Assembly: GCA_013239625.1 (NCBI GenBank)
Contig: MU055753.1
Coordinates: forward strand, 6,764,821 to 6,828,589
Direction of reading: 5' to 3'
Source of the DNA: Lama guanicoe
Taxonomy: Eukaryota
Length of the DNA: 63,769 nucleotides
This document shows positions 1 through 12,639 of the stretch, one piece after another (the first letter of the stretch is position 1; every line of letters begins with the position of its first letter). The notes below the pieces were generated by a model. It made no database searches. It had not been told where the DNA came from and worked only from the letters and a program-made list of their open reading frames with translations. The position numbers and the translations under genes were made by a program.

Positions 1-574
1 AGCTGTGCTTGCTGGACAGATTCACGAAGCTTAACTTCTGACTCCTGTTTTAGGACACAGTAGATTAAAGATACTTTTACAGTTTGTCTGTTGTACATGC
101 AGCTTCTAAGGAAAGTCATGGAAGGATTTTATTCTCTGGACACATCAAAATACTAATTTTGTGAAAATAAAATCTCCAGTGGAATTTTTTTAAAATTAGG
201 TGACATGATTCTCTCACAGTCTTCATCTGGTAAATATCTGGCATTATCTGTGACTGGCCATGAGTGAGTCCCTTTCAAAATTCCCATATATGCTTCCCTT
301 AAAGACAACGAGGGGACAGGTGCCCAAGTCCACTCAGTCTTCCTGTTCACCTTGTGCTGTCCACTCCTCTAGTAGGTGCTGAAATGCAGGATTGTATCCT
401 TCTCCAGACTCTTACCCTTCTGTTCAGAGGAAACCATAGCTGAGTCATTCTGGGATTTTTCCATCCATTTGAAGATCCAGTTCTTGGTGATTGTGACTTT
501 TGGAAATGGAAATTGTGACTTTTTTAGTGAACATGGGTGAGAGCTGGGTCCATATCATCTGAAGTAGATAGGAC

Positions 575-960
575 TGTCTCAATTTCAATCTCTTAAAAGC
601 AGACCTTAAGAAAAAAAAATTAAAGTTGAGTTTAGTTGGAAGTTGAAGAAATTACCAGACATCAGACAGCAAGTAAGGAACTAAGATGGATAAAGGAAGT
701 CAGACAATACAGGGTGCATTACTAAGTCAGTTACTGCCATGGGTGACTGAAGAGTAATCTCTGGGGAGACTCTGATAGCCACTGCAGGACGCATCTTCAC
801 ATTATCCCATCTGAGGGCTGAGCCATTGGTGGAGGCACACTTGGGCACGATGTGGATTCCTCAGGTCTTCCAGCCTGCCATCCAGTGGGCACAGTGGACA
901 TCGGTGGCTAAAGGAAGCCATCAGACAATCAAGTGCATGTGCTTGTAGTTGGATGTCTGG
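575..960. mobile_element. Degenerate ERVL-class solo LTR fragment (subfamily uncertain)
   Basis: Run 'aagcagacctt...caatacagggtgcattactaagtcagttactgccatgggtgactg...ctctggggagactctg...ttatcccatctgaggg' resembles ancient mammalian ERVL LTR consensus. Confidence 0.5.
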
Positions 961-2002
961 CCAACTTTCACTGAAGCATTAAAGATAAGAGGATCTGGGC
1001 AGGGTATCAGCATTCGCTCAGAGCAATGCTTTTGCTTTTCCCCTGAGAGAAATCTTATTTGGCCTTGAGAACTTACATATATTACGTCTCCTCTTGAGAT
1101 ATCCATTTCCTCATCTTAAATGGGAATGGTGGCACTAGGCAGGGAGGCATTGGATTCCATTAAATGGACTCTCAGGTTTATGCATACCTGCTGTCTCATT
1201 TCTCTGAAGCTTGGGCGTGCATGCATCTAACACAGCCAGCAATTACTTTAATGCCTCACATCTCCAGCTGATGGATAACTTTGAAGATCCTTCTTCAAAT
1301 TCTTGATTGGGATCTGACACTCAACGATATCTCTCCCCAGAATAAAGCTTCTGATGCATTCAGCAGCCCCGTGAAATTGCTCCTGAAAACAGTAAGCATC
1401 AAACCACTTTGCCGCCTGCATGATTTCTCTTTTATCAGGTGCAGTCACAAACTTAATCATGTTCGCAGTTGTGAAGGGCGAGCTTTGGGTGGGTAAGGCA
1501 CTTGAGGAAATTTGGGAAAAGAGAAACTCAAATGGCAATATACTGTCTCAGCCCTCAGCCGTGCCATACTCCATTATTGTTAAATCCCCATTTGCTGGAA
1601 TGGTTATCTGCTTTTAACGCATACGTAGAAGTGGAGACAAAGTTGAACATCAGAGTGAGTGGAACATGGGACTGACAGGTGGCTGTGAACTTGCAACACT
1701 CCCCAGTCATGGGTGGCAGCTGAACCTTTGGAGATGGTTCACTGTATTTTGCAGGTGTCCCAGCTACTACTTGCATCAAGTAAGAAGAATCTTACCTGCA
1801 TTCATATCCTGGATGATAGCAGACTCAGTTCAGATCTTACCCATGACTTATCCTTTGGGCTCTCCTTCCCTCTTAGATGTTTGCTGAAGGAAAAGGATAA
1901 ACAAACAAATAATTGCAGCTTGTCTTAAAAACAAGGGTAGGCATTACTATAGATATAACTCTTAACCAAATGAATATCTCATATATATATATGTATATAT
2001 GT

Positions 2003-2522
2003 GTTTTATATTGAAGTATAGTTGATTTGCAATGTTGTGTTAGTAACACTCTTTTCCATTATAGGTTATTGCAAGATATTAAATATAGTTCGCTATGCTA
2101 TACAGTAGGTCCTTATTGTTTATCTTTTGATATGTAGCTTATATTTATTGTTTATATTTTATATATGGTGGTGTATATCTGTTAATCCCATACTCCTAAT
2201 TTATCCTGGCCACTCCCCTTCTCCTTTGATACTCATAAGATTGTTTTCTATGTCTGTGAGTCTGTTTCTGCTTTGAAAGTAAGTTCCTTCATATCATTTT
2301 TTTTTAGTTTCCACATATAAGTCATGTCATTTGGTATTTGTCTTTAACTTTCTAACTTCACTTAGTATGGCAATCTCTAGAACCATCCATGTTGCTGCAA
2401 GTGGTCTTGTTTCAATATTCCATTTTATATATATATGTGTGTGTGTGTATGTGTGTATATATATATACACATACACATACACACGCACATACATAGACAC
2501 ACACACATACCACATCTTCTTT
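2003..2522 (-). mobile_element. LINE-1 3' end fragment (artiodactyl/camelid type) with internal (TA)n/(TG)n/(CA)n expansion
   Basis: 'ttttatattgaagtatagttgatttgcaatg...ccacatataagt...ccatccatgttgctgcaa...cacatcttcttt' is the reverse complement of the L1 3' region; it recurs at 54.6 and 61 kb. Confidence 0.9.
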
Positions 2523-4137
2523 ACAAATGGGTATCTGTTGTGGAAGATATAATACATTCATTAATGGAGATAGACTTCAGCGTTAATGTGACTGTGGCTG
2601 TCATTCACTGCACTTTCTTCTTTTGCTATTTGCTACATGGCTGAGTCCACGTATTATTGAGTTCAGTACCTAGCCCCCTTGGCATCTGACTGAGAAAGGG
2701 CATTTAGAGGCCGATGCTTTGGTGGTGAGTTGACGTATATGACTATATCCATTATCTCGACAACTCAAATATTCACTTGGGTTGAGCAGTTTGTAACTTC
2801 TCCAGACCTGGAAGAGTGTCACTTAAAATGGTCCCCAGCAATTGGTCAGTCCAAGTGCATGGTAGAACTGTTGACAAAATGGAGCAGGGGTGGTTGGCTA
2901 GACTGTAGGAGGGAGGAGGTGTTTGGGGCTGGCCACTGCCATTTTAATATCACTCAAAGGCACCAAAGAGCAGTGGAAGCAAGAGGTTAAGATAATCCAG
3001 GAGAGTGTATGTTTGGGGAAACTTGCTTTCCTTTATCTTTCTAACCCATCTCTCAATGTCTCTTTATCTGAGAATCAGGTATATTTCCTTGATGACAAAT
3101 TCGCAGTGAAAGTGCCATATTAATTATTAAGAATGACCAATGAAAGCTTCTTTGTACAGGCACTGAATTCTGTTTAGAAACAGGTCTTGGGAATTGAGGA
3201 TGCATCGGAATCAGCAAGGGATGAAAAGGAGGAAGGGGAAGCCCCCTGGTGGTTGTGGGAAGAGGGGAACAGCCCTGGGCCGAAGGAACTTTCCCCTTCA
3301 GTTGTTACAGAAGCAAAGACAGAAGAGGACAAAAAGGACTAAACATGCAAGTCTAGATACTCTCTCTATGATATAGGACAAGAAGAGAAACTCTACTGTT
3401 TTTCATATGATGTTTCCATAAGGAAACATTTACAATGTCTTCACTCCATTTCAGAGGAGAGATCTGTCTGATCAATGAGGGTAAAACTCCCATACCTGTT
3501 TCTTGATTGGGTGGAGCAAATACTTCTAACACCTGCACATAAAAGGTGTCCTACCTCCTCTCTCCCATTTCCTGGTAGATGTTCGCAGTGATATACCTTG
3601 TGACTTCTTCCAAGTCTGTTTGATTTTTCAGTCTCTTTTGATTGAAAATAAACAAAGAGAGAATGCATTTTCACCATATTCATCCTCAAATGCACCAAAG
3701 GAATCAAAGACCTCTTCTGAGATCAAGGGGAAGGTCAAAGGGCGATCTGAGGTGGTTGGCAGGGGACGGGGGGAAGATCCTTCCAGTTACAGTGAAGAGA
3801 ACGGGACAGTGAGCTGACAGAGGCACCAGGGATGTTGCCACAGCCTAGTTAATTTGATCACCTACCCATGCTGGTCCTGTACTGAGTTACCCTCGAAACA
3901 CAGTGATGCACCAACATGACCCCTGACTTCAGGGAACTCAGTGTATGGTACGAGTGTAGGAAAGTGGAGATCTATGCATACTTGAGCTTCTGTTGATAAT
4001 GAAGAGGCCACACCAGCATCGTGTGATAAGTCCTAGGGCAGGTACAAGTCAAAGAGAAGACATTTAGTACAGATCAGAAAGGGCTTCATAAGGAAGGTGA
4101 TACTTGAGCTGAAAGTAACAGTTAAAAAGGGATAATG

Positions 4138-4308
4138 AGGGGGAGAGGGACAAAGGGCATAGCTCAGTGGTCGAGTGCATGCCTAGCATGCATGAGGTCC
4201 AGGGTTCAATCCCCAGTACCTCCACCAAAAGTAATAAATAGAGAAACCTAATTACCTACTCCTCCCCCAATTTTTTTTAAATAAATAAAAATAAAATTTA
4301 AATTAAAA
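4138..4308 (+). mobile_element. tRNA-derived SINE (camelid Vic-1-like)
   Basis: A-box 'tagctcagtgg', B-box 'ggttcaatccc', A-rich tail; near-perfect TSD aaaaagggataatg (4124-4137) / aaaaagggatagtg (4309-4322) at a TT/AAAA L1-endonuclease site. Confidence 0.9.
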
Positions 4309-5067
4309 AAAAAGGGATAGTGGGGAAAGTGTGCAGACAGAGGGAGCATAACAACAAAATCCCGGAGTCAAGACAATGCGTGATTTTTGGGGGAAAGGGC
4401 AATGTTTTACTGTGGCTAAAGCATTGTCCTTTCTCTTCTTCTCAGATGGGGCAACCAGGGCTAGAAAGTTCGAGGGATTGACCAAGGTCACAGGGTTAAC
4501 CCTGGCCTGAGAACACATCACCCGGTGCTCTCTCCAGCACCATCCATCTCCCCAGTCCCACTGAGTCACCACAGTATAAGGACCCTCATCGCTGATTCTT
4601 GTTCAGCTATTATTTCTGTCTTCTTCGTGAGTTACATAGGATGAGTATAAAGTAGGAAACCAAGAGAAATGAAACCTCCCATCTCGGGGCAAAGGCACCA
4701 TATGTCTTCTAACTCCTGGGCACAATGGGGAGTCTCTTTAATGGCTTTCCTAATTTTACCCACCCCCCTGCTCTCGCATCTCAGTGTTGACTGCGCATAT
4801 GGTGCCTCTCCCTTCCCAAGGAATTGCTTTTACTAATATCATTTCCTGTCACAACCTTAATATTCTTTTAATGCGCTGCTGTTGCTTGCTGCAGAGCTAA
4901 TCTGTTATCCCTTGTTATGGAGACCTCATTCCAAATGCCAGAGCAGAGACCCATGTCTCTGAGCTAAAGGCAACACTTTCTTTGTGTGTTTGTTAGTTTC
5001 AAACTTTGACTTTTAAATGATGGATAGATTTTCTGGGTTATGAAGTTTTGAGTTTGTGCAAGACATG

Positions 5068-5500
5068 ACTATTAGTCAGGATTGCTTTCCATGGTTAGTT
5101 ACAGCAGCAGCAACAAAAATATTTACTGTTTTACAGTATAATTCTATTTAATGCAAAGTCCAGCTGTAGAGTGGACTACAGGTAAAGCTGGATCAGGCAG
5201 ATTACCAGTATCACCAAAGGCCAAAATTTTTTCTGCCCCTGTGCACTGCTCTTCATAATGTTTGTTTCATGCTTAACAAAGGTACAGTGTTGGTTACAAA
5301 ATGTTTGTTGGAAGTCACCAGAATTATAAATTTGCCAAATTATAACAAGCAAGAGGGGAAACTTCTCAACCCAAAGGCCCCAGTAAATGTCTTAATTTCA
5401 TTGACCTGAAAGGTATCATATGCCCTTGTATGTCATGTGATCAGGAGAAGATGTGCTAATTGACTTAATACTAGTCAGTCTAGACATTTGGTTCAAACCT
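5068..5500 (-). mobile_element. MLT1-type (ERVL-MaLR) solo LTR, degenerate
   Basis: Begins 'tattagtcaggattg...aagtccagctgtag...gctggatcagg', typical of reverse-oriented old MLT1 subfamilies. Confidence 0.55.
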
Positions 5501-5533
5501 TTAGGAATTATAGCAGATAAGAAAAAATGAGTG

Positions 5534-5675
5534 GGGGGAGGGTATAGCTCAGTGGGTATAGCTCAGTTCAATCCCCAGTGCCTCCATTAAATTTAAAAAA
5601 TAATAGTTAATAAATAAATAAACCTAATTACCCCATCACACACACAAAAACACCAAAACCCAAAACAAAACAAAA
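5534..5675 (+). mobile_element. tRNA-derived SINE (Vic-1-like), internally rearranged
   Basis: 'ggggagggtatagctcagt' head, 'ttcaatccccagtgcctcc', 'aaataaacctaattacc' and A-rich tail shared with the 4138 copy; TSD aagaaaaaatgagtg (5519-5533) / aagaagaaatgggtg (5676-5690). Confidence 0.88.
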
Positions 5676-5822
5676 AAGAAGAAATGGGTGCTGAAAAAGG
5701 CACCCATAAATTAGCCTGGGCTCTGGGGAGTCATTATTGGGATAAGAACTTAGAAGCTAAATGCCTGCTTTCAAGTATCACCCTCATCACTCACTGCCTG
5801 AGTAAGAAAGTGGCTTCATCTC

Positions 5823-6016
5823 TTTTTTTTTTTTTAATGGAAGTATAGATAGTTGATTTACAATGCTGCATCAGTTTCTGGTTGTCAGGATAGTGATTTA
5901 TATTATGCATATATTCCTTTTCATATTCTTTTCCATTATATTATGAGATATTGAGTAAGTTCCCTGTGCTATACAGCAGGGCCTTGTTTGTCTGTTTTAC
6001 ATAGAGTAGTTTGTAT
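5823..6016 (-). mobile_element. Short 5'-truncated L1 3' end inserted into a MIR
   Basis: Poly-T then 'aatggaagtatag...gatttacaatg...gttccctgtgctatacagcagg'; degenerate TSD gtggcttcatct / gtgacctcatct; MIR-like sequence on both flanks (~5730-5820, ~6020-6080). Confidence 0.85.
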
Positions 6017-6414
6017 GTGACCTCATCTTTTTATGCATCATCTTCCACATTTGTAAAGTGGGATTAGTGTAAGAACAGGCTACTTACTATGGCATCCAGA
6101 GTCCTCCCAAAGGCTAAAGTAAAGACCAAGGAGGGAAGTCTACTTCATTTACTGTCCGCTCTAAACTTTACTGTTGCACGAAGTGCTATAATGAGTTAAG
6201 CATTTTGATGTCCCCTCGCTGCTTCAGCCGTACGTAACAACGTGAGGCAGGCACCCATCTTACGCATGCGAAAACCAGGGTTCAGGGACATTTGGTAACT
6301 TTTCTGAGTTGAACATACAAATCAATTGACAAAGTTGATCTGGGCTCAGAGCCCTTTCCCATATGGAGGGGGAGGGTACCTGAGTCTTTGACTTTTTTTT
6401 TTTCACGATTCTAG

Positions 6415-6622
6415 ATCTGCTGTATCTAATACCGTATCCACAAGCCATGTGGGGCTACTTTCATTTTGCATCAATTAAAATTTAATAAAATTAAAATTTC
6501 AGTGCCCCGGTCATACCAGCCGCACATTTTTAAGGGCTCAAAAGCCACATGAGGCTAGATGGTGCTACTGGTCGGTACAGGTATAAAAACATTTCCACTA
6601 TCACTGAAAATTCTATTGGTTG
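6415..6622 (-). mobile_element. MER3-like hAT-Charlie MITE
   Basis: 'agccatgtggggcta...attaaaatttaataaaattaaaatttcagt...agccacatgaggctag...acatttccactatcactgaaaattctattgg' matches the reverse of the recalled MER3 consensus. Confidence 0.8.
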
Positions 6623-8789
6623 GTCTAAACCCATATACACATTAAGCACTCAATTATCATGCTATCTTGTCACAGGCAGTGATGGGGAATTATAGGGTTA
6701 AAGTGCTTAACTGACATCCCTTCGCTGCCCTGGTTAAAACACAGGTAGATTAAAACAGTAGTAGGATTTAATACAATTGAGAGAATCAATAAAAGAGAAA
6801 GGATACTGCTGACTACATAAAATCCTTTGTGTCCGCATCACAGAGGTGTCATTTTACTGAATATATAATAAAATAATGTAAATAAATAAGAAAGCCTGTT
6901 TGATTTGATGAAAAACAAGTTCCACTTTAGGCAAGTTTCAAACTCTCCTTCTGCCCCCCGTCTTTTTTTTCCAGTCCCGAAAAAGCACTGTTCTTTGTAG
7001 CAAGGAAGGTCTAGAGTATAAAAAATGGTAAGCAGAAGGGGCTTGGCAATTTTAATAGACACACTGAAAGCTACAAGGGACCTGGATCCTACTTTGGAAT
7101 GATTTGGAACCACCTCACCATTTCCAAGCCAGACCATGTTTTTATAATTAGCTTCTCTGAAAAGGACTCCGTCCTCAAAGCATGTTGTGATTTGGGGACA
7201 AGCCACACACAAAGAGGTTCTGTGGCAAAGGAAACAGTGAGGGGTTCTGGTGTGTTTACTTCCCGTTCCTTTCACCTTGGCTTCTCTTCCTCACAAAGCC
7301 TCAGATGTGTCTTTCGTTTATGTGTATCGGGGTAGGGATTGAAAATGGCATATTGCACGGGTCAGTGGAAGTGTCATGGAGAAAAAGAAACATTTCCTCT
7401 TGTTCATCTATTACCTGGAGAGCCAAGGCCGTGCCTTGATGACAAGCACTCAGCCTCTGTTTCCCCAAAGCAGCAGCTGGCTTTCTGGCTGATCCTTTCC
7501 TGCACGTGCGCAGAGAGGCAGCTGGGTTTCTCGGGCAAATGACAAGCTGAGTTGCTGCCTCTCTCCAGGAGCCGTTTTCTCTGGCTCACCTTTGACCCAG
7601 TTATTGGAAGGTTTTCTGTCCATTTGGATGCTTTTTCAACTCCATCCATTTTTCATGAAGACTTTATGTGTCTCTGATCACCCCTTTAAGAAAAAAAAAA
7701 AGAACAAGGCAAATGAATTCTTCATGTGTGTCTCCTATGACTGCGTGCAATATATTTTAGAGCTTCTGATGGACATAGCAGGACTTTAATGCCCTCTGTG
7801 TCAGGGGGGGAAATGTGTTGATCAGAAAGACATGTCATTGCAACAGTTTGTGTTCTCCTGAGCATTTACAAAGAGTACTGCTCTTTAAATAACCCTGGAT
7901 AAAAAAGTGTCATCTGTAGGGGTAAACAAATAAAAACAAGAGCAAAACAAACCAATCAAACAAAAACAGGTCTTAAGAGGTATATGCATGAGATGATTTT
8001 GCCTGCATCTTCAGTTAGAACCAAGGGAACTTTTGCAGAGTAGGATCCCAAGCGTAAGTGTAAGCTTACCTATTCCCATCCCAGAACTTTCCTATAGCCA
8101 GACAGAAAGACCTAGGACCCTCATAACAGGGGTGGCTGGGATTGTAGCTGCAGGATTCTATTTGGACAAAGTAGGCATTCTGTTCAGATTTTAATTATGG
8201 AACTTCAGACAAACCAATGCCTCCCGTTTCCACCATTGGATTCGCCACCCAGCGCTGTTTAAAATGAAGTGGTGGCACAGTTTCAACAAACAAATCTATT
8301 TATTTATAGCTGAGTGACCTTCTGTTCGCCAGTATTATGGACCTCTGGTGCCTGATAGGAATTCAGATCTTTCTGAATATCTGTCTTGCGCTTAGAATGG
8401 AATTTAGAATCCCAGGGCTTTGAGCTATGTTCTAAAAGGGGGTCATATTTTGACAGAATTTGTGCTGGGACCTAATTCTGATCTGATACAGGTGATACTC
8501 AGACATCACTGTCTCCTCCACCCATCAGCTTCCCCCTCAATCTTTCACTGCATTTTCTTCCTTTGGAGCCTCTATACCACAGCGTTGCCTAAACATGAAT
8601 GAAAGAGCTCACCCTGGGGAAAAAGCAGATCCTACCCTGTGCCTTGGATTAGCTCCTCGCTTTCTGGGTCACAGCAGACAACCTTCTCCACCTTTTGAAA
8701 TCTCGGTATCCTCAGCTGTTATGTGTAGAGATGAATATTTATCTTCTGGAAATGGTTGCTGTGGGAAATCACTATCTAATAACGATCAT

Positions 8790-9010
8790 TGAAATACAGT
8801 TGGTGCTTCTGATATGCCAGGGACTCTTGGACAAAAAATTCACCTGCTTTATTTCTACTTAGTCCTCACCACAACTCCAGGAGATGCCTGCTATTATTAT
8901 TTCCATCAGAAAGATGAGGAAACATCTTTTAAAAAGAGGTTGAGTGGCTTCCTTGGCTTGTGTGTGGATTCAAGTCCACATAATCTGACTCTGGATCATG
9001 TGCTCTGAAA
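8790..9010 (-). mobile_element. MIR SINE
   Basis: 'tatgccaggg...cctcaccacaac...ctattattatttccat...agatgaggaaac...gaggttgagtggctt' is the reverse MIR core. Confidence 0.7.
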
Positions 9011-9271
9011 TACCGATACTCACACTAGGCAAGAAAGGAAATATTAATACCTGAAATGCTCTCAAAAAGTAAACTGTTTACCTCTGTTTACATGTACATC
9101 CTAATACTCTGGTAAAATTTCCACCCAGAAGTGGACTATATTTCTAAAAAGCACAAGTCGTAGTGAAATGACTTTTAAAGAAGAAATATCTCAGAACACA
9201 ACACCCAATAACTCAACTATTAATCTGGTCAAAAGACATTGACCACTTGACATAAGACCTACCAGAGCAGA

Positions 9272-9426
9272 AGGAAAGCTTTGGAAGTTATGCGTATGTT
9301 TATAGCATAGACTGTGGTGATGGTCTCGTGGGTGGATACTTATCTCAAACTCATCAAGTTGTAGACATTGCATTTGTACAGCTTTTTGTATGTCAATCAC
9401 ACCTTAATAAAGTGCTTAAAAAAAAA
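9272..9426 (+). mobile_element. Old L1 (L1MC/L1M-like) extreme 3' end
   Basis: 'gactgtggtgatggtctcgtggg...aaactcatcaagttgta...tatgtcaatcacaccttaataaagtg' followed by an A tail. Confidence 0.8.
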
Positions 9427-10104
9427 CCACTGAAATAGCACTCTACAGATAGGAAAGAGATACTGTTTAATATCTGGATAATGATTTCCAAAATACTGAA
9501 TCTAGGCTTGATTGGAGAATGATGTCACATTTTGAGAAGTTACACCAAAGGGGGGCAATGATCTTAAAAAATAAAAAAACACTCATGAGATGGAGTAGAT
9601 TAGGCAGATGGGAAGGAAAGAGTGAAACTGTGACCCTCCCCTGCCCTTTCCTTCACGCCTCCCGTTCCCTGTTCCGCATCTGTTGTTCGGAGGCTTGATG
9701 GAGGACAGTGAGAAGTCGCACTCTTAGCCAGTTTGAAGGTTCAGCTTCTTCTCAGTCTGTCCTTGAGACCACAGGAGAGAACAGACTGAGAGCCTCCCGC
9801 TAGAAGGTGCTTCCTTCTCCCTCTCCAAGCCTCAGTCCCCACGTGGCATCACCATGATGATGGATGTGTTTACATAAACGAAAGATAAAGGGCAAAATCG
9901 TCTAGTGTAAGAGTGCTGTTATTTCTTTTATCAGAGACAAAGAATTTAGCCAATAGCGCATTTAATAGTGGTAGAAAGGCTCTTGGAGATCATGTGATTC
10001 ACTCTTTACAGAAAGAATATATTCATTCTAGGACAAACAGCAACTTAGAGACAAAATTCCTGGTCCGTGGACCCACAGGCTACGGAGAGGTGAAGCGTTT
10101 AGAA

Positions 10105-10340
10105 TTGATTAATTCATTGATTGGTTGATCCATGTGTCTAACAAATGCCTGCTATAGCTCAGGCCCTGCTCTGGTTGTTGGAATGCCCAAGAGTAGTACA
10201 TATTCTCTGTCCTCAAGAAACTCACTGAAGGGAAGATGAATAAAGGGCACAAACATGCATAACTGGTTCATGGTGAATAAAGACTGTAACAGAAATATGG
10301 CCAAGTATGGGGTTATGACCACAGGAGGTGCTAGCACCCA
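10105..10340 (-). mobile_element. L2 LINE 3' fragment
   Basis: 'attcattgattgg...caggccctgctctgg...tctctgtcctcaagaaactcac' reverse L2 3' motif. Confidence 0.6.
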
Positions 10341-11588
10341 TGGGAAGGCAGAGAAACATTAAGACACACTGAAAACCACGGGGTTCTCTTCCAGGCCCTG
10401 TGCAGAGATGAACCCATCATAGCCCCTGTCCTTGAGGAGCTCATAGGTTAGCATGAAAGTTAAGACACTGATAGGGGCAAACCTGTATCAAAGGAGAAAA
10501 TGCCAGGTGCCACAAAAAAGGTCCAAACAGGGAGCTGAGGGTTCTGGAGAGGCAGAAGTGCACCCCACTGTGGGGATCAGAAGGCCTTCCTGATCCGGTC
10601 CTGAAAGGATCTCCAGGACTTCTGAGCAGACGCAGAGCCCCGGGGTGCCAGGCACGGGAAGATCTCACAGCGAATAAACAGTAACGCATTCGGTTTGATT
10701 TTGTCCCTGGCTCCTTGGTGCACATGGCATTCTTAAGTTCCTAAACATAAACATATTCCTTTTAAAATCCATCTTCAAAGTAGACTGGAGTTCCAGGCCT
10801 ATGGAGGACTTGACATATCAAAAGAAACTTGCTGACACAAACTGGAGTACAGAGCTTGATCTATTCTCATATACGATTTTAATGTTTCTCATTTTGCAGC
10901 CTCGCCAGCTACCATCCATCATCCACTGTCACGTGTAAGTTTCCTAAATTACTGCTTTTTAACTTTTGTCACTTATTCAGCAAAGAGATGTATTCTAAAG
11001 CCTGGCCTCCCCCTCCTAGCCCACCCCTGTGGTTGTATCTTAATATTAATAGCAAGGGAAGGAGAAATAGAAATCTTTTCTCCATTCAGAATAAGGCAGA
11101 GTGTCCCCCGCCAACCCCAACCCCCCGTTTCAAGTCCAAACACTGATTTCATGGTGTCACTTCTCAGTGGTCAAGGGGGAAAGAATACGAAACTGGCGAG
11201 AACGGGAGGCATGGAATATACTGAGAGTTGTAATTATGGAAATAGAGCAAACTCTTTAGGACATTTCTGGATAAGGAATCAAAGGAATCATTCCCTCTTC
11301 TTCAAGACATGGGTGAGGAAGAGCCACGAGTTTCCAGCCTTGATACTGAGGAGCAAACAAGGTTGCTGTCAGTTCTGCTGTCTCTGGTTTCTTCTTTGAC
11401 TTCCAGCTGATCAGCTCTAAAACTATTGTGGTGTTAGGAGTGCCTTTCTGGCCTGATTGAGCCTTTTCCATTGAGTGGAAAGGTCTGCTGAGGGGTAAAG
11501 TTGTGACATAACCACAGGATGGTGTGATACAACCGCGCAGATCGTAAGGTGACCAAATGCTCCTCTTTTCCCCAAACTAGTTCTGTAT

Positions 11589-11700
11589 ATGGTTGTCCAT
11601 GTATTCTGGTTTCTCTAGACGAGTCCTGGTTTTACGTGTTTTCCCTCCCAGTTAATGGCTCTGTTAATTCTCAAAAGTCCCAGTTTGGCCACGCAAAGTT
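11589..11700. mobile_element. MER94-like hAT-Blackjack MITE remnant
   Basis: 'gtcctggttttacgtgtt...tctcaaaagtcccagtttgg' resembles the MER94 internal sequence. Confidence 0.45.
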
Positions 11701-12279
11701 TTCCTTTATTTGAGAAATATCAGGATGGTGTTTTCTCTGTACCTCCGAGTTCATGAAAGTCATGGTTTTACACTGAGAACGAATCTGTTATGGACTAATG
11801 TTTCCACTCAGTTGTCATCATTGTCATCCATACCTTTCTTCAGTGCCTATTGTGAAGATAAATTGTCAGCATGGATGTTTGCACATTCCTCTGTTTTCTG
11901 CAGCTGAATTTATCAAGGAGAAGACAGGGTGTTTGGGGATTTTTCTTCAGCTGGAAATTATTTGAAGTAGCAAGAAACTCCTCTAAGAATTAATTTAACA
12001 CTCTCATCACAAGCAAAGGATTCCCACTTTGCAGTCAGCTTCCCAGAGTTTTGAAGCTATGACATTTAAGGAGCTGGAGGTTTCTCAGCACTGCAGTGTT
12101 TGGAGGTGCAAGCCAACATGTTATCAACTTTGATTCTGAAAGACAGGAAATACATGGATAGTTGAAAAATACAGAAAACTGCCAGTTCGTATTTTAGTTT
12201 TACCTGAAGCAGTAGAACACAATAGTTAAGTTTTTATTTGAATGGGAGGCTGGAGATGGACGATATATTTGAGGTTACA

Positions 12280-12480
12280 AGGGTGTTTTCTGAAGTCAAA
12301 TTTTCTGGGTTTGAATTTAGATCCTCCCACTAATCAGTCTTCTGACCTCCTCCAAGTTATCTTTGATGTGGAAAATTATAAGACAAAGAGACAGGTAGTG
12401 AAAAGGATACGACAGAATGCACACAAAGCACTTGGGACAGCTCCAAACATATAGTAAACACTTGCTCTTATCACTGCCAA
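12280..12480 (+). mobile_element. MIR SINE
   Basis: 'ctgggtttgaattt...cccactaatcag...tgacct...caagttat...aaagcacttgggacag...acatatagtaaacac'. Confidence 0.6.
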
Positions 12481-12639
12481 CTTATAGACAGATGGAGCCA
12501 GAGTAATATGAGCCTGGATTCTGAAGGTAAAGTTCAAACCCTTGGGAAAGTGAGCATAAATATCTCCCTCTCTATCTTCATATGCCATTAATTGGAAATT
12601 TATGTTGATGAAACATCAGAAAGCATCTTTCAGTCTCAT

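Noticed and set aside
1248-1779. Adjacent 96-aa and 74-aa minus-strand ORFs as a pseudogene
   Set aside because: No recognisable family or motif, no poly-A or TSD of a retrocopy; lengths are within chance expectation
4155-4226. tRNA gene
   Set aside because: The tRNA-like head is followed by a family-specific tail, A-rich end and TSD, and a second copy lies 1.4 kb away, so it is a SINE
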